Shown: positions 1 to 8,868 of the stretch, one piece after another | How positions within the stretch are numbered: the first letter of the stretch is position 1 | Layout: each line of letters starts with the position of its first letter | IMG/VR virus record: IMGVR_UViG_3300031472_000007 | Span: 1 to 25,526 of that record | Strand: one strand, 5' to 3' | From: a virus | Lineage: Duplodnaviria > Caudoviricetes | DNA: 25,526 nucleotides | Position numbers and translations under genes: made by a program | Notes under the pieces: model-generated | The model's database searches: none | Told to the model about the DNA's origin: nothing | Seen by the model: the letters and a program-made list of their open reading frames with translations, nothing else

Positions 1-4
1 CGCA

Positions 5-1633
5 CTAAGGCGCGGGGCCGACCGTCGCGCTGGAGGAGCCTGGCCCGTAGACGACGCCCGTTTGTCCCTGCAGGTCGGCGTTCGTGACGCTCAGCCCGCC
101 CGACACAGCTATCCCGACCGTTGTCACGGCATACACCCCGCTGACGCTGCTGATGGCCTGGCTGATGAGCGACCAGCGCGCGGCGTCGCCCGGTCCCAGC
201 GTGCTCAGGTAGGCCGCGATGGCCGCATCAATCGGACCGATCAGCAGGACCGGTTGGGGCACGCTGGCCAGGGGCGCGAACGTGTACGACACGATGAGAG
301 GAAGAGGCGTCAGGAGCGCGACCGACACGACGATACCGAATCCATGGGTGTTGGCGATGGCCGCGTTGATCGCGTCGACGACATCCGCCGGTGGTGGGGC
401 AGCGGCCGTCACCGCCTGTACCAACGCCTGGCCTGGCCCCGGCAGTCCAACCGGTGGGTTAAGCTGGGCGTCGACGCCGTAGGCGCGCAGGACGCCGGGC
501 ACGGCCGCGACTGACCCCACCACCGAGGCCTGTGTCCCCGTGTTCGATTGTGCCAGGACGGTCGGCGCGCGTTGGCGCAGGCCCAGGCGCGTCCCGTCGC
601 TGTCGTCCGGCTCGGGATCCAGGCCACCGACGCCCGCGTTGGCCATGTTTTGTGCCGGCAGGGCATACACTGTCGTCGCCTGACCCGTATCGTCCAGACT
701 GACGGCGGGTGGGACAATCGTCCCCAGCAAAGCAACCTGGGGCGCGGCTGCCGTGCCGCCGACGACCTTGAGGACGTCAACGGCCGCCGCCGGTTCACCG
801 CTGCCGTCGCCCGTTGGATTATAGGAAATCGTGACGCGCGTCACGAGTGACACCGTGGACGGCCCCTGCGTCGTTCGTCCGATGGGCCCGGGCGTCGTCG
901 CGCCGGTCGCGCCCCGCGCGACCAACTGATACTGATAGAGCGTGAGACCCTCCGCCTGCCCCGCGGGAATCGTCACCGCAGGCGCGCCAGGCGGGGTGAT
1001 GGGCGGATTGCCGATCGTATCGACGCCCGGCAACAGGTCGCCGGCACTGGCAAGCTGACCCGGCGCGATGTTGCCCGCGGCGCCCGCCACGTCGGCCTGG
1101 GCCAGTCCGTAGCTACACGTTTGATTGGCTGGGATGATGGCCGCCAACTGCTGCCCCGGCGTGCTGAGGCGCGCATCCGCGATCGTGTGGGCTGAGACGG
1201 TCGGATTGCCGGTGCGGTCCCGCGCGTACACCTGTTTGCCCGCCGCCACGGGGACGGCGCTGGCTGACGCCGCGCGTCGACTGAACTTGACGGCCCAGAT
1301 GGATGGCGCGCCGGGGATGCGGTCCGTCACCAGTGCGACGAGGCGCTCCAGGTCCGCCCCGCCCGCGGTCATCAGATCGAGCGCGTCCTCGATCGCGGAC
1401 TGGCGCGCAAACAGGGCGTCGCCCAGCAGGGCGACGAACTCGCAGAACGTGCGGATGTCCGAGCCGACCGACACATCGGGCGGGATCGTCAGGCCGTTGT
1501 AGGAGGCGGTGAGCCGCGTTTGGGCCAGGGCCAGCAGCCATTGGAGGATGTCGTCGTAGCCCAGCGCCCCCGCCGTGCTCGGGGCGGGCACGGCCGCCGG
1601 CGCGGAGGGGGCAGGGCTCGGGTTGCTGGTCAT
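5..1633 (-). CDS. Baseplate J/gp47-like wedge protein
   Basis: 542 aa. Motifs 'TA.G.DL.RL', 'A...GAAGNI.PGQL', 'G.DPE.D...LRQR', 'V.AVPGV..A', 'I.SVSGV..V'. Lies directly after the gp25-like gene; GGAGG RBS upstream. Confidence 0.9.
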   Translation of the reverse strand: MTSNPSPAPSAPAAVPAPSTAGALGYDDILQWLLALAQTRLTASYNGLTIPPDVSVGSDIRTFCEFVALLGDALFARQSAIEDALDLMTAGGADLERLVALVTDRIPGAPSIWAVKFSRRAASASAVPVAAGKQVYARDRTGNPTVSAHTIADARLSTPGQQLAAIIPANQTCSYGLAQADVAGAAGNIAPGQLASAGDLLPGVDTIGNPPITPPGAPAVTIPAGQAEGLTLYQYQLVARGATGATTPGPIGRTTQGPSTVSLVTRVTISYNPTGDGSGEPAAAVDVLKVVGGTAAAPQVALLGTIVPPAVSLDDTGQATTVYALPAQNMANAGVGGLDPEPDDSDGTRLGLRQRAPTVLAQSNTGTQASVVGSVAAVPGVLRAYGVDAQLNPPVGLPGPGQALVQAVTAAAPPPADVVDAINAAIANTHGFGIVVSVALLTPLPLIVSYTFAPLASVPQPVLLIGPIDAAIAAYLSTLGPGDAARWSLISQAISSVSGVYAVTTVGIAVSGGLSVTNADLQGQTGVVYGPGSSSATVGPAP

Positions 1634-1646
1634 CGCACGATCCTCC

Positions 1647-2096
1647 CTATGCCCCGCGGTAGCCGAAACGGTCGAACACCAGCGGCACGTCGACCACGAC
1701 GCCCGAATCCCGTAACTGAACCGTCGGCGTCACCCGCAGGTCGCCCGTGCCAGGGTCACTCGCGACGTCCACGGCGGAGACCGCGGCCACGATGGCGTCG
1801 GCCAGCAGTTCCGCCTCCACCTCCTGAGCGAGCAGCGCCACGTCGGCGTCGCCGATGGGCGTGCCCACCCGGTCGCACAGCGACGCGCCGTAGGTGGGAT
1901 GCAGTAGCAGCGCGCCTTTGGGCGTCGCCAATCGCCGCCCGAAGCGCTGCTGCAACAGGGCCAGGCCCGCCACGCGCAGCAGCCCGCCGCCCGGCCCGTA
2001 GGACCAATCGCCGGCCGTGTTGTCGTAGCCGAAGCCGAGCAGTTGGAGAATATCCGCGCCTTGCGGCGGGGACGCGGGTGTGCTGACCATGGACAT
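1647..2096 (-). CDS. Baseplate wedge/sheath initiator, GPW/gp25-like
   Basis: 149 aa with 'RL.TPKG.L.LHP.YG.L' and 'L.D..V..V' patterns; lies between spike and baseplate J. Confidence 0.85.
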   Translation of the reverse strand: MSMVSTPASPPQGADILQLLGFGYDNTAGDWSYGPGGGLLRVAGLALLQQRFGRRLATPKGALLLHPTYGASLCDRVGTPIGDADVALLAQEVEAELLADAIVAAVSAVDVASDPGTGDLRVTPTVQLRDSGVVVDVPLVFDRFGYRGA

Positions 2097-2117
2097 CGCT
2101 CAGCCCCCCCCTTCCCG

Positions 2118-2627
2118 TCACGTCAGTGTCACCCCATGCCAGGCCAGCGCGCCGCCGACCTCCTGCCGGCACACGTAGAGCGCGTCGGCCGTCGTCGTCC
2201 CGCCATCCGACAGGAGGACCAGGCAGCCTCGCAGGTCTGGCCGGGGCGTGGGCAGCGCCGAGACGCGCGGCAGAGGGGTGGGCCGCGCCGCCGTCACCTG
2301 CCCTCCCACCCACAGGTCGCCCTCGATGGACAGGTGCGCGTCGGGCGGACGATGGCGGGCGGTATAGATGACATAGGCCACGGCCACGGGCTCCCCGTGG
2401 TCCAGGTCCAGGCGGCACGTGTCGCCGCGCCGCAGGGGCAGGCGCAACCCGCCGGCGACCGTGGCCACCGGCAGGGAGCCCGTCGTCCCGCCGCCGGGCT
2501 CCATCCTGACGCGCGCGGCGTGCGTCACCTCGTCGTAGGAGAGGACCGTGCCCCACGCACCGCCCCGATGCTCCGCCAGCAGGCGCAACACCAGCCGCTC
2601 CACGTGCGCCATCACCTCGTCGAGCAT
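2118..2627 (-). CDS. Baseplate central spike (gpV-like OB-fold N-terminus)
   Basis: Start re-called at ATG 2627 (GAGGATAGG RBS), 169 aa. 'GTV.SYD.....ARV.......T..LPV', 'L.RGD...L....G.P' and 'L.IEGDL.V.GQV' fit gpV-type spikes; follows the hub gene. Confidence 0.75.
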   Translation of the reverse strand: MLDEVMAHVERLVLRLLAEHRGGAWGTVLSYDEVTHAARVRMEPGGGTTGSLPVATVAGGLRLPLRRGDTCRLDLDHGEPVAVAYVIYTARHRPPDAHLSIEGDLWVGGQVTAARPTPLPRVSALPTPRPDLRGCLVLLSDGGTTTADALYVCRQEVGGALAWHGVTLT

Positions 2628-2650
2628 CGTCCTATCCTCGTTCACGTCCG

Positions 2651-4984
2651 TCAGAATCCAAAACGACTGGTGTCGGTCTGGGCTATGCCCCACGGCCGCG
2701 TGCCGCACCGGATGGACAGGGCGATCCCCGTCTGGGGCTCGTACGACCGCTCCACGTGGAGCGGGTAGAGCGGGTGAGCGGGGCCGGTCATGTCCTCCGG
2801 CAGATAGTCGCTCCGCAGCACGACGGCCTGTCCCCTCGTCAGGGGCACGAGGTCCGTCGTCTCGATGTCCGTCAGCACCTCGGTCGCGACGTACACGGCC
2901 AGCGCGGCGTCGGCCATACGCTGCAACTGGCGCGCCGACGTGCCCGCCGGCGCGGTCAGCGTCTCCTCGCTCGGACTGTCGTGGTTGCTCTTGCGCGCCG
3001 TCGCCGTCAGCGCCTGACCGGTTTGGGGGTCAAACGATTGGTACGTCACCTTGTACTCGCGGCCGGCGTGGGGCTGCGGCACGGGATGCACGCGCGAGAC
3101 GGGGCCGACCGCCGCGCCGCCGCTCTGCCAGCACGTGAGCACGAGGGGCGCGGGCGGCGCGGCCGGCCGCTTGAACACCAGCACGCTGCCGTCGAAATAG
3201 AGGTCGTACCCCTGATCCTGCGCCAACTGGACACAGATATCATACTCTTTTTGGCCCGAGCGGCGCGTCTTGATGGCGTCCGTCCCGAACACGGAGCCCG
3301 TCACCTCGCCCGTCGTGTCGGCCTCCACCGTGAGGCCCTGCCCCGCGGCCGGGCCGGGCGCGTTGTGCGCCAACAGCAGGCGTGACACGATCTGGTCGGC
3401 GCGCTGATTGGCGAAGTTGTCGCCCAGCGCCGACAGTTGGCTGCTGGTGGCGGCCTGGCCCGACAGCAGGATGGAGAGGTCAGGGCATGAGAGCGTCACC
3501 GTCTCATCGGCGTTCTCGGCGTTCACGTCGATGTCCGGTGACTCGATCAGCCCCACGAACACCAACCGCAGGCAGCGCCGCATCTCCGCGCCGCCGGCGT
3601 CGGGCGCCATGTAGCCCAAATAGCCTTTGACCTCCACGTACCGCTGCCGGAAGAATTGGCGCATCACGCGCCGGCCGCGTTCCGTCGTAAACAACGCATA
3701 GGGCAACGTCGCTTTGAGCGAGCCGGGCTGGCGGTACGCCGCCTCGACCACGGATAGGCTCTCGACCGGGAACAACTCCCCGCCGATGGACACGGCCGCC
3801 GTGCCGATCAGCCCGAGATGGGCCGCGCGAGCTGCGTCCCGGTGCAGCGCGGCCCATTGGAGGCGGCCCGGCGCGACCCGAACCTGCTCCACGGGCAACT
3901 GCGGCGTGGTGTCCTGCGGCACGGGGTCCGTCGTCGCGTCGTAGGATGGCGTGCCCGCGCCCGCGGATCCGCCGCTTCCGGCGCTCGACCCGCCCACGCC
4001 GGCGGGAGCGGTCCCGTTGGGCGTCAGCGCCACGTCACTTCTGGCCTGATCCATGTAGGTGAGGTACGGTGGCGACGGGACAATGCCCGTGCGCGGATCG
4101 GGCGGCGGGTTGTAGGTGCTCCAGAAGTTCCAGTTCGTCCCCTTCGCGGAGATCGCGGCCATGGCCTGCGCGTTGTACGCCCCCTGGAACAGGAGATCGT
4201 GATTCGGGTACTCGGGGTGGGCCAGATCGTTGATCTGCCACAAGCCCCTGTCGGTGGAAACGATGGCGCCCGCGTTGTCGCGGTTATAGTTGGTGGCGTC
4301 GAGCTTGAACTGGCTCTCGGCGCGGCAGATAGCGATGCACACAGCCATCTGGTCGGCGGGGATGCCCGCCGCCTTCGCCCAATAGATCGCGTTGGCCGGC
4401 GTGACCGTGCCTGATGAGGCGGGCGTGACGACGCCCCCGCTTGCGCCCCCGCCACCTCCGCCCGTGGCGACGCCCGCGCCACTGAAGTACGGCGCAAGGT
4501 CCACGTCGCCCGACGCGATGTTGCGATCCAGGAGCGTCATCAGGTGTAGGTGCGCGCCGCTTGAGTTACCGCTGTTGGTCCCGACGCCTTGGGGCGGATC
4601 GCCGCCTGACAGTCCAACCTGCTGACCGCGCTTGACGCGATCTCCGATCCGCACATCGTGGCGCGAACAGTGCCCGAACAAGGTTGAGACATGGGGTGGG
4701 CTGCCGTCCGGGTTGTCGTACTCGATGCAGAGGTAGAGGCCGTAGCTACCGTTGAACTGGGGGCCGGACGGGTCCAACTGCTGGGCGCGCCACACCGTGC
4801 CGTCGGCGCACGCCAGGAGCGGCGTCTTATCGAGCAGTTCCATATCCCAGCCGGTGTGCCAGTGCGCCCATCCGTGGCCGGCAGGTTCGTAGGGCTGCGT
4901 GTCCTCATTATGGCCGTACTTTTGATAGAGACTGTACCGATTGAGCGCGCCCTCCCACGGCGGCGACAGGGAGATCGTCGGCAT
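2651..4984 (-). CDS. Baseplate hub fused to M23 peptidase and lysozyme/SLT-like domain (tail-associated lysin)
   Basis: M23 motifs 'HTGWD', 'YG.Y..I', 'T.FGH', 'V.IGDRVKRGQ.VG.SG..GNSSG.HLH'; then 'AI..AES......N.......DRGLWQIN..H...N..A...I...G..W..WSTY'; C-terminal gpD/gp27-like region ('VF.G.I....V......VTL.C.D', 'LAQ..GY.LYFDG..LVF'). Start ATG 4984 after GAGGAG. Confidence 0.85.
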   Translation of the reverse strand: MPTISLSPPWEGALNRYSLYQKYGHNEDTQPYEPAGHGWAHWHTGWDMELLDKTPLLACADGTVWRAQQLDPSGPQFNGSYGLYLCIEYDNPDGSPPHVSTLFGHCSRHDVRIGDRVKRGQQVGLSGGDPPQGVGTNSGNSSGAHLHLMTLLDRNIASGDVDLAPYFSGAGVATGGGGGGASGGVVTPASSGTVTPANAIYWAKAAGIPADQMAVCIAICRAESQFKLDATNYNRDNAGAIVSTDRGLWQINDLAHPEYPNHDLLFQGAYNAQAMAAISAKGTNWNFWSTYNPPPDPRTGIVPSPPYLTYMDQARSDVALTPNGTAPAGVGGSSAGSGGSAGAGTPSYDATTDPVPQDTTPQLPVEQVRVAPGRLQWAALHRDAARAAHLGLIGTAAVSIGGELFPVESLSVVEAAYRQPGSLKATLPYALFTTERGRRVMRQFFRQRYVEVKGYLGYMAPDAGGAEMRRCLRLVFVGLIESPDIDVNAENADETVTLSCPDLSILLSGQAATSSQLSALGDNFANQRADQIVSRLLLAHNAPGPAAGQGLTVEADTTGEVTGSVFGTDAIKTRRSGQKEYDICVQLAQDQGYDLYFDGSVLVFKRPAAPPAPLVLTCWQSGGAAVGPVSRVHPVPQPHAGREYKVTYQSFDPQTGQALTATARKSNHDSPSEETLTAPAGTSARQLQRMADAALAVYVATEVLTDIETTDLVPLTRGQAVVLRSDYLPEDMTGPAHPLYPLHVERSYEPQTGIALSIRCGTRPWGIAQTDTSRFGF

Positions 4985-5024
4985 AGCCCGCACACTCCTC
5001 TGCCACCATCTATCGGTCTGTGGC

Positions 5025-5420
5025 TCAGCGCGGCAGGATCAGGCGCTGTCCGACGGTGAGCGCGATGAATGTGAGGCCGTTGGCGCGCTGGATGTCACCG
5101 TAGGCCAGGGCGTCGCCCAGATAGTCCTGCGCCAGGCCGAACAGTGTGTCGCCCTGGCGCACGGTAACGGCGCGCGGGGCCTGCGGCGCTAACTCGCGTT
5201 GCAACAACAGGATCGCCGCGTCGCCGAGCGTGGCCACGCGCCGGGCCGCCAGGAGGGCCTGCCGGCTCACCGTGGACGGCGTGACGGCCAGCAGGGCGCG
5301 GGCCGCCGCCACCCGCGCCTGCAAAGCCACGATCTCGGAGCGGATACCATCCGCCTCCGCGGAGTTTGCCGGGACAAGGGCGGGCGCGGCCCCCGCGGCG
5401 GGGATGGGGTTCTGGCTCAT
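5025..5420 (-). CDS. LysM-domain baseplate/tail protein
   Basis: C-terminal LysM 'VTVRQGDTLFGLAQDYLGD...Y..I.RANGL....L.VGQRLILP'. Confidence 0.9.
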   Translation of the reverse strand: MSQNPIPAAGAAPALVPANSAEADGIRSEIVALQARVAAARALLAVTPSTVSRQALLAARRVATLGDAAILLLQRELAPQAPRAVTVRQGDTLFGLAQDYLGDALAYGDIQRANGLTFIALTVGQRLILPR

Positions 5421-5432
5421 CTCCGTCGCTCC

Positions 5433-5900
5433 TTAGAGGCCCGCCGCCGCCTTGATACCCGCCGCTGCCGCGCTGTACTGATCGGCCTGGTCGCGGCCGG
5501 TCGGCGTCGTGTCGCGCGGATCGCCCGTCGCCAGCAGGCCGTCCTGTTGGCGGAACATCTCCAGGTCATACTCGTACGTGTTGAAGCGCACGGCGGTCAG
5601 GTCGCACTTGGTCAGCGTGACGACCGCGCGATGGCCGTCCAGGTAGGCCACGACGGGTTGCCCCGCCTCGAACACGGTCTGCAACCCGCGCCGCAGCGTC
5701 TCGGGTGTGCCGAAGGCGTTGGTCTCCTGGAGCAGGCCCTGGAGAGGAACAACGCCGCGTGTCGGCCCCGTCCGTTGCAACACATTCGTACCGTCCGACA
5801 AGCGCCGCTCCCGTTTCTCCAGGGTGCGGGGGTCGGGCGTGCGCTCGGGCATGTTCCCGCCCGCCAGTGTCACCGGGCCAATCGTGATCGTCGCCGCCAT
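5433..5900 (-). CDS. Putative tail tube initiator/baseplate protein
   Basis: 155 aa between TMP and LysM genes; 'I.IG.V.L', 'L.DG..V.Q..GP.....L.G' resembles tube-initiator proteins; mostly synteny. Confidence 0.55.
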   Translation of the reverse strand: MAATITIGPVTLAGGNMPERTPDPRTLEKRERRLSDGTNVLQRTGPTRGVVPLQGLLQETNAFGTPETLRRGLQTVFEAGQPVVAYLDGHRAVVTLTKCDLTAVRFNTYEYDLEMFRQQDGLLATGDPRDTTPTGRDQADQYSAAAAGIKAAAGL

Positions 5901-5974
5901 CTCATCTCACGCTCCCTCTAGGTTGGTTTTTGTGTGTGACACGGGCGCTCTCACGGCTTAAAGCCACGGGAGTG

Positions 5975-8284
5975 TCAAGTCGGCTCCATGTTCAGGAGGC
6001 CCTTGCCGTGGTAGCGGTTGTGCCACCGCGCGCTGGCCGTGATCTCGTGCCGCACACGCTTCGCCACGACGGTGGCCAAATCGTTCGAGGTGGCGTGATC
6101 GGCCCCATTGATCGCGATGGACACCGGCGACCCATGATGGTGATGATGCACTTCGGTCGTCTGGTGCGTCGTGGCGTGGAGCGATCCGCCGCCAATCAGG
6201 GCCATGCCGCCGCTCTTATGCGGGATCAAAGGTGGTGTGGGCGTGTGATGCGGAACAGGGTGACTGACGGGGTGATGGTGCACAAACGTTTCGGTGGTCC
6301 GCGCATGAACGCCCGTTATCCACTCCCATCCCGACCGGGGCGGCGCAACGATTGTGCGTGGATGATCCACGCGCGTCACGGGATGCGTGAGGGCGCGCGC
6401 GTGGGGAGGCGTTCCCCATCCGCCGCCGGCGGTGGCCCAGCTGTGTCCTTTCGCGCCCGCCGCCGTGTTCGCGCCAGGGTGGGCAAACGCCTCCGTCACC
6501 TTGGTCGTCGTCGCTGGATGTAAGACGTCCATCAGGGACTGATACGCGACCATCAGTTTTTTGATCGCGTCGACGGCCAGAGAAATGGGTTGGAAGGCGA
6601 TGCCCAGGGCGTCGCCGATGGTCCGGCCGATACCTGCAAAGCCGCCAACCCACGTGATGACGTGGGCAATAGCCAGGCCCAAGGCCACGAACGGTGCGAC
6701 CAATAGGCCCACGGGGATCAGGAGCCCGGCGATGACCTGGCCGATGACGCCGCACTGACCGGTCAGTGCGCCTAACGGGTGCGTCAGGAAGGCGATAACT
6801 TGGCCCCAGTGGGTGAACACCCATGTCGCGCCCGCGATGGCCGCGACCACGCCCACGACAGCGGCCGTGAAGGGCAAGAACGTGCCCGCTGTCACGATCC
6901 CGGCCGCGCTCAGGATACCGAACGCGCCGGCCGCCACTAGCACGGGCGCCGCGATGAGGGACGCCGCCGTCGCCACCAGGGCAAAAATGGCGATGAATTG
7001 GGCGATGTCGGAGTGGTAGACCAGGAAATTGCGCACGGCGTTCGTCAACTCCACGAACGCGCGCAACACGGGCAACACGACGGGGAGTAACTGCCGCCCC
7101 AGCACGGTCGAAATGTCGGTCAGGTTCGAGTGGAATGTCCGCATCTGGCCCTGGAACGTCTCGTACAGCGTCTGCTGATTTTGCGGCGTGGAGGGCAGCC
7201 CCGTTGGCCCGAGCAGGTTCTGGATCGACTGATACGCCTTGATCGAGCTGGGCCGGGCCAGCACGCTGAACGCCTGCGATCCCGTCACCAGGAACGCCTG
7301 GTTGAGCAGTTGGAGCGCCCGCTCCTGATTCCGACGCGCCTGGGGGCTGGCCAGGAATCGCTCCACGATGTTCAACGTGTTCACGAAACCGCCAGCCGCC
7401 TGGAAGCTGCCGTTTTTGAAGAAGTGTCCGCCGCCCACGCGCTCCACCGCGCTCAGGGCCTCGTTGCGGATGCCCGGTCGCAGCGTCGGCGTGATGGTGC
7501 GGAAGATCGCCGCCAGGCGACTGGCGCCGCCTGCGCCGCTGATGAGGCCGACGCGCGCCGCCAGCGAAATAGACGAGATGATATCGGTGGGCGTCATGCC
7601 CAGCGTCGCTCCGTAGGGCGCCATGCGCGAGACGGAACGCGCCAACTGATTGGGCGACAGTCCGCTCACCAGTTCGGCGCGCGAGGACAGATCGAGCAGG
7701 GCGTTGAACTGGGCGAGCTGCCGGTGGTTCACACGTCCCGACCGATCCACGGTCGGGACGGCGCCCAGCGTCTGCGCAATGGCAATCGACGCCGAAATGC
7801 TCTCCTTGGGCGCGATCTTGCGCAGCGCCTGGTCCACCTCCGCCAGATTGGCCAGCTGCGGGATGACCGATAACAAGACGGTCCGATTGTTTAACCCAAG
7901 TGAGGCTGCTTGAGCCTCAAAGTTTGACACATCTAAGGCACTAAAACGAGTCTTGGCTGAGATATCGAATGTGACGTTCTCTAAGGCCGCCAATTGCGCG
8001 GCCGTCCCCTGCGATGCCATGCGGACGTTCGCCATGGCCGTCTCTAAACGGCCCGCGTTCTCGATCCAGCCTCCGAGCACCCGCGCGCCGGCCATCCCGC
8101 CCGCGAACAGGGCCATGCCGCCCGCGATGAGGCCCAAGCCACGATTGAGCTGGGCTGTCGCACCCGTCGTGCTAGCGATGCGCGCCTGTAAGTTCGCAAG
8201 CGCCCTGGTGGCAACAGGGATGCCCGCGGTGAGCCCACTCGCGTTAAAGGACAATCGTATCGCTAAATCGTATAGCACTTGCAC
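5975..8284 (-). CDS. Tail tape measure protein
   Basis: Start re-called at GTG 8284 (GGGAGG RBS), 769 aa. Ala/Gly-rich helical protein, TP901-like core ('T.FSA.DV......A.LG'), hydrophobic segments; follows the chaperones. Confidence 0.9.
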   Translation of the reverse strand: MQVLYDLAIRLSFNASGLTAGIPVATRALANLQARIASTTGATAQLNRGLGLIAGGMALFAGGMAGARVLGGWIENAGRLETAMANVRMASQGTAAQLAALENVTFDISAKTRFSALDVSNFEAQAASLGLNNRTVLLSVIPQLANLAEVDQALRKIAPKESISASIAIAQTLGAVPTVDRSGRVNHRQLAQFNALLDLSSRAELVSGLSPNQLARSVSRMAPYGATLGMTPTDIISSISLAARVGLISGAGGASRLAAIFRTITPTLRPGIRNEALSAVERVGGGHFFKNGSFQAAGGFVNTLNIVERFLASPQARRNQERALQLLNQAFLVTGSQAFSVLARPSSIKAYQSIQNLLGPTGLPSTPQNQQTLYETFQGQMRTFHSNLTDISTVLGRQLLPVVLPVLRAFVELTNAVRNFLVYHSDIAQFIAIFALVATAASLIAAPVLVAAGAFGILSAAGIVTAGTFLPFTAAVVGVVAAIAGATWVFTHWGQVIAFLTHPLGALTGQCGVIGQVIAGLLIPVGLLVAPFVALGLAIAHVITWVGGFAGIGRTIGDALGIAFQPISLAVDAIKKLMVAYQSLMDVLHPATTTKVTEAFAHPGANTAAGAKGHSWATAGGGWGTPPHARALTHPVTRVDHPRTIVAPPRSGWEWITGVHARTTETFVHHHPVSHPVPHHTPTPPLIPHKSGGMALIGGGSLHATTHQTTEVHHHHHGSPVSIAINGADHATSNDLATVVAKRVRHEITASARWHNRYHGKGLLNMEPT

Positions 8285-8360
8285 GTTTATCCTCCCAGCG
8301 TTGATGTGGTAGAGTAGGCGCAGAGTGAGGCAAGCGGGCGACAAGAAGGAGGGGCGGGTG

Positions 8361-8663
8361 ATGCAGGGAGAGGCGTGGGAATTGTGCGAGGTGCGGTATG
8401 TGCCTTCGGGTGGGCTGTGGAAGTTTCATCATCTGCTGGAAGCCGTGGCGACGGGACCGGGCGGGCAACGCATCGTGACCCGCGTGAAAGCCGCAGCGTT
8501 CCGACGACCGCGCGACACCGAACGCGATCCGACGTTCATCGACGCTCGGCGACAGGTCACGGAGGCCATGCTGCGTGACGGGTGGGAACCGCTGCCGAGC
8601 ATTGTCGATAGTCACGGCGTCATGTTGCCGCGCTTCCGGCGTCGCCTCTCACCGCCTCCCTAA
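8361..8663 (+). CDS. Hypothetical moron protein on the opposite strand (WE.C...L.DGWEP...FRR pattern)
   Basis: AAGGAGG RBS at 8346-8352, 100 aa, fills the gap between chaperone and TMP genes; candidate extended -10 TGG-TAGAGT at 8307-8315. Confidence 0.7.
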   Translation: MQGEAWELCEVRYVPSGGLWKFHHLLEAVATGPGGQRIVTRVKAAAFRRPRDTERDPTFIDARRQVTEAMLRDGWEPLPSIVDSHGVMLPRFRRRLSPPP

Positions 8664-8868
8664 CCGCCGTGTCCCGCTCTCCACTTTTGACGTGCGTTCC
8701 GCCTCGGCCGCTCCGGCCTGTTCTTGGCTGTTGTACGCCATAACAAACGCCCGCCGTTCACTACCCACCATCCGCGAGGCGTCTATCCAGGACAGGCCAG
8801 CGCGCACAAGGGCGACGCGCTCCTGGAACACGCCGTTCTCCAGGAGCGCGTTAACGCGCGTCAGAAAA
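8649..8868 (-). CDS. Tail assembly chaperone C-terminal extension (T-like ORF), probably expressed by frameshift
   Basis: Open frame overlapping the chaperone 3' end with no evident RBS; 'LV..GLSW.DA..M...ERRAFV.A' is typical of G-T extension ORFs; TTTT run at 8868-8865. Confidence 0.65.
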
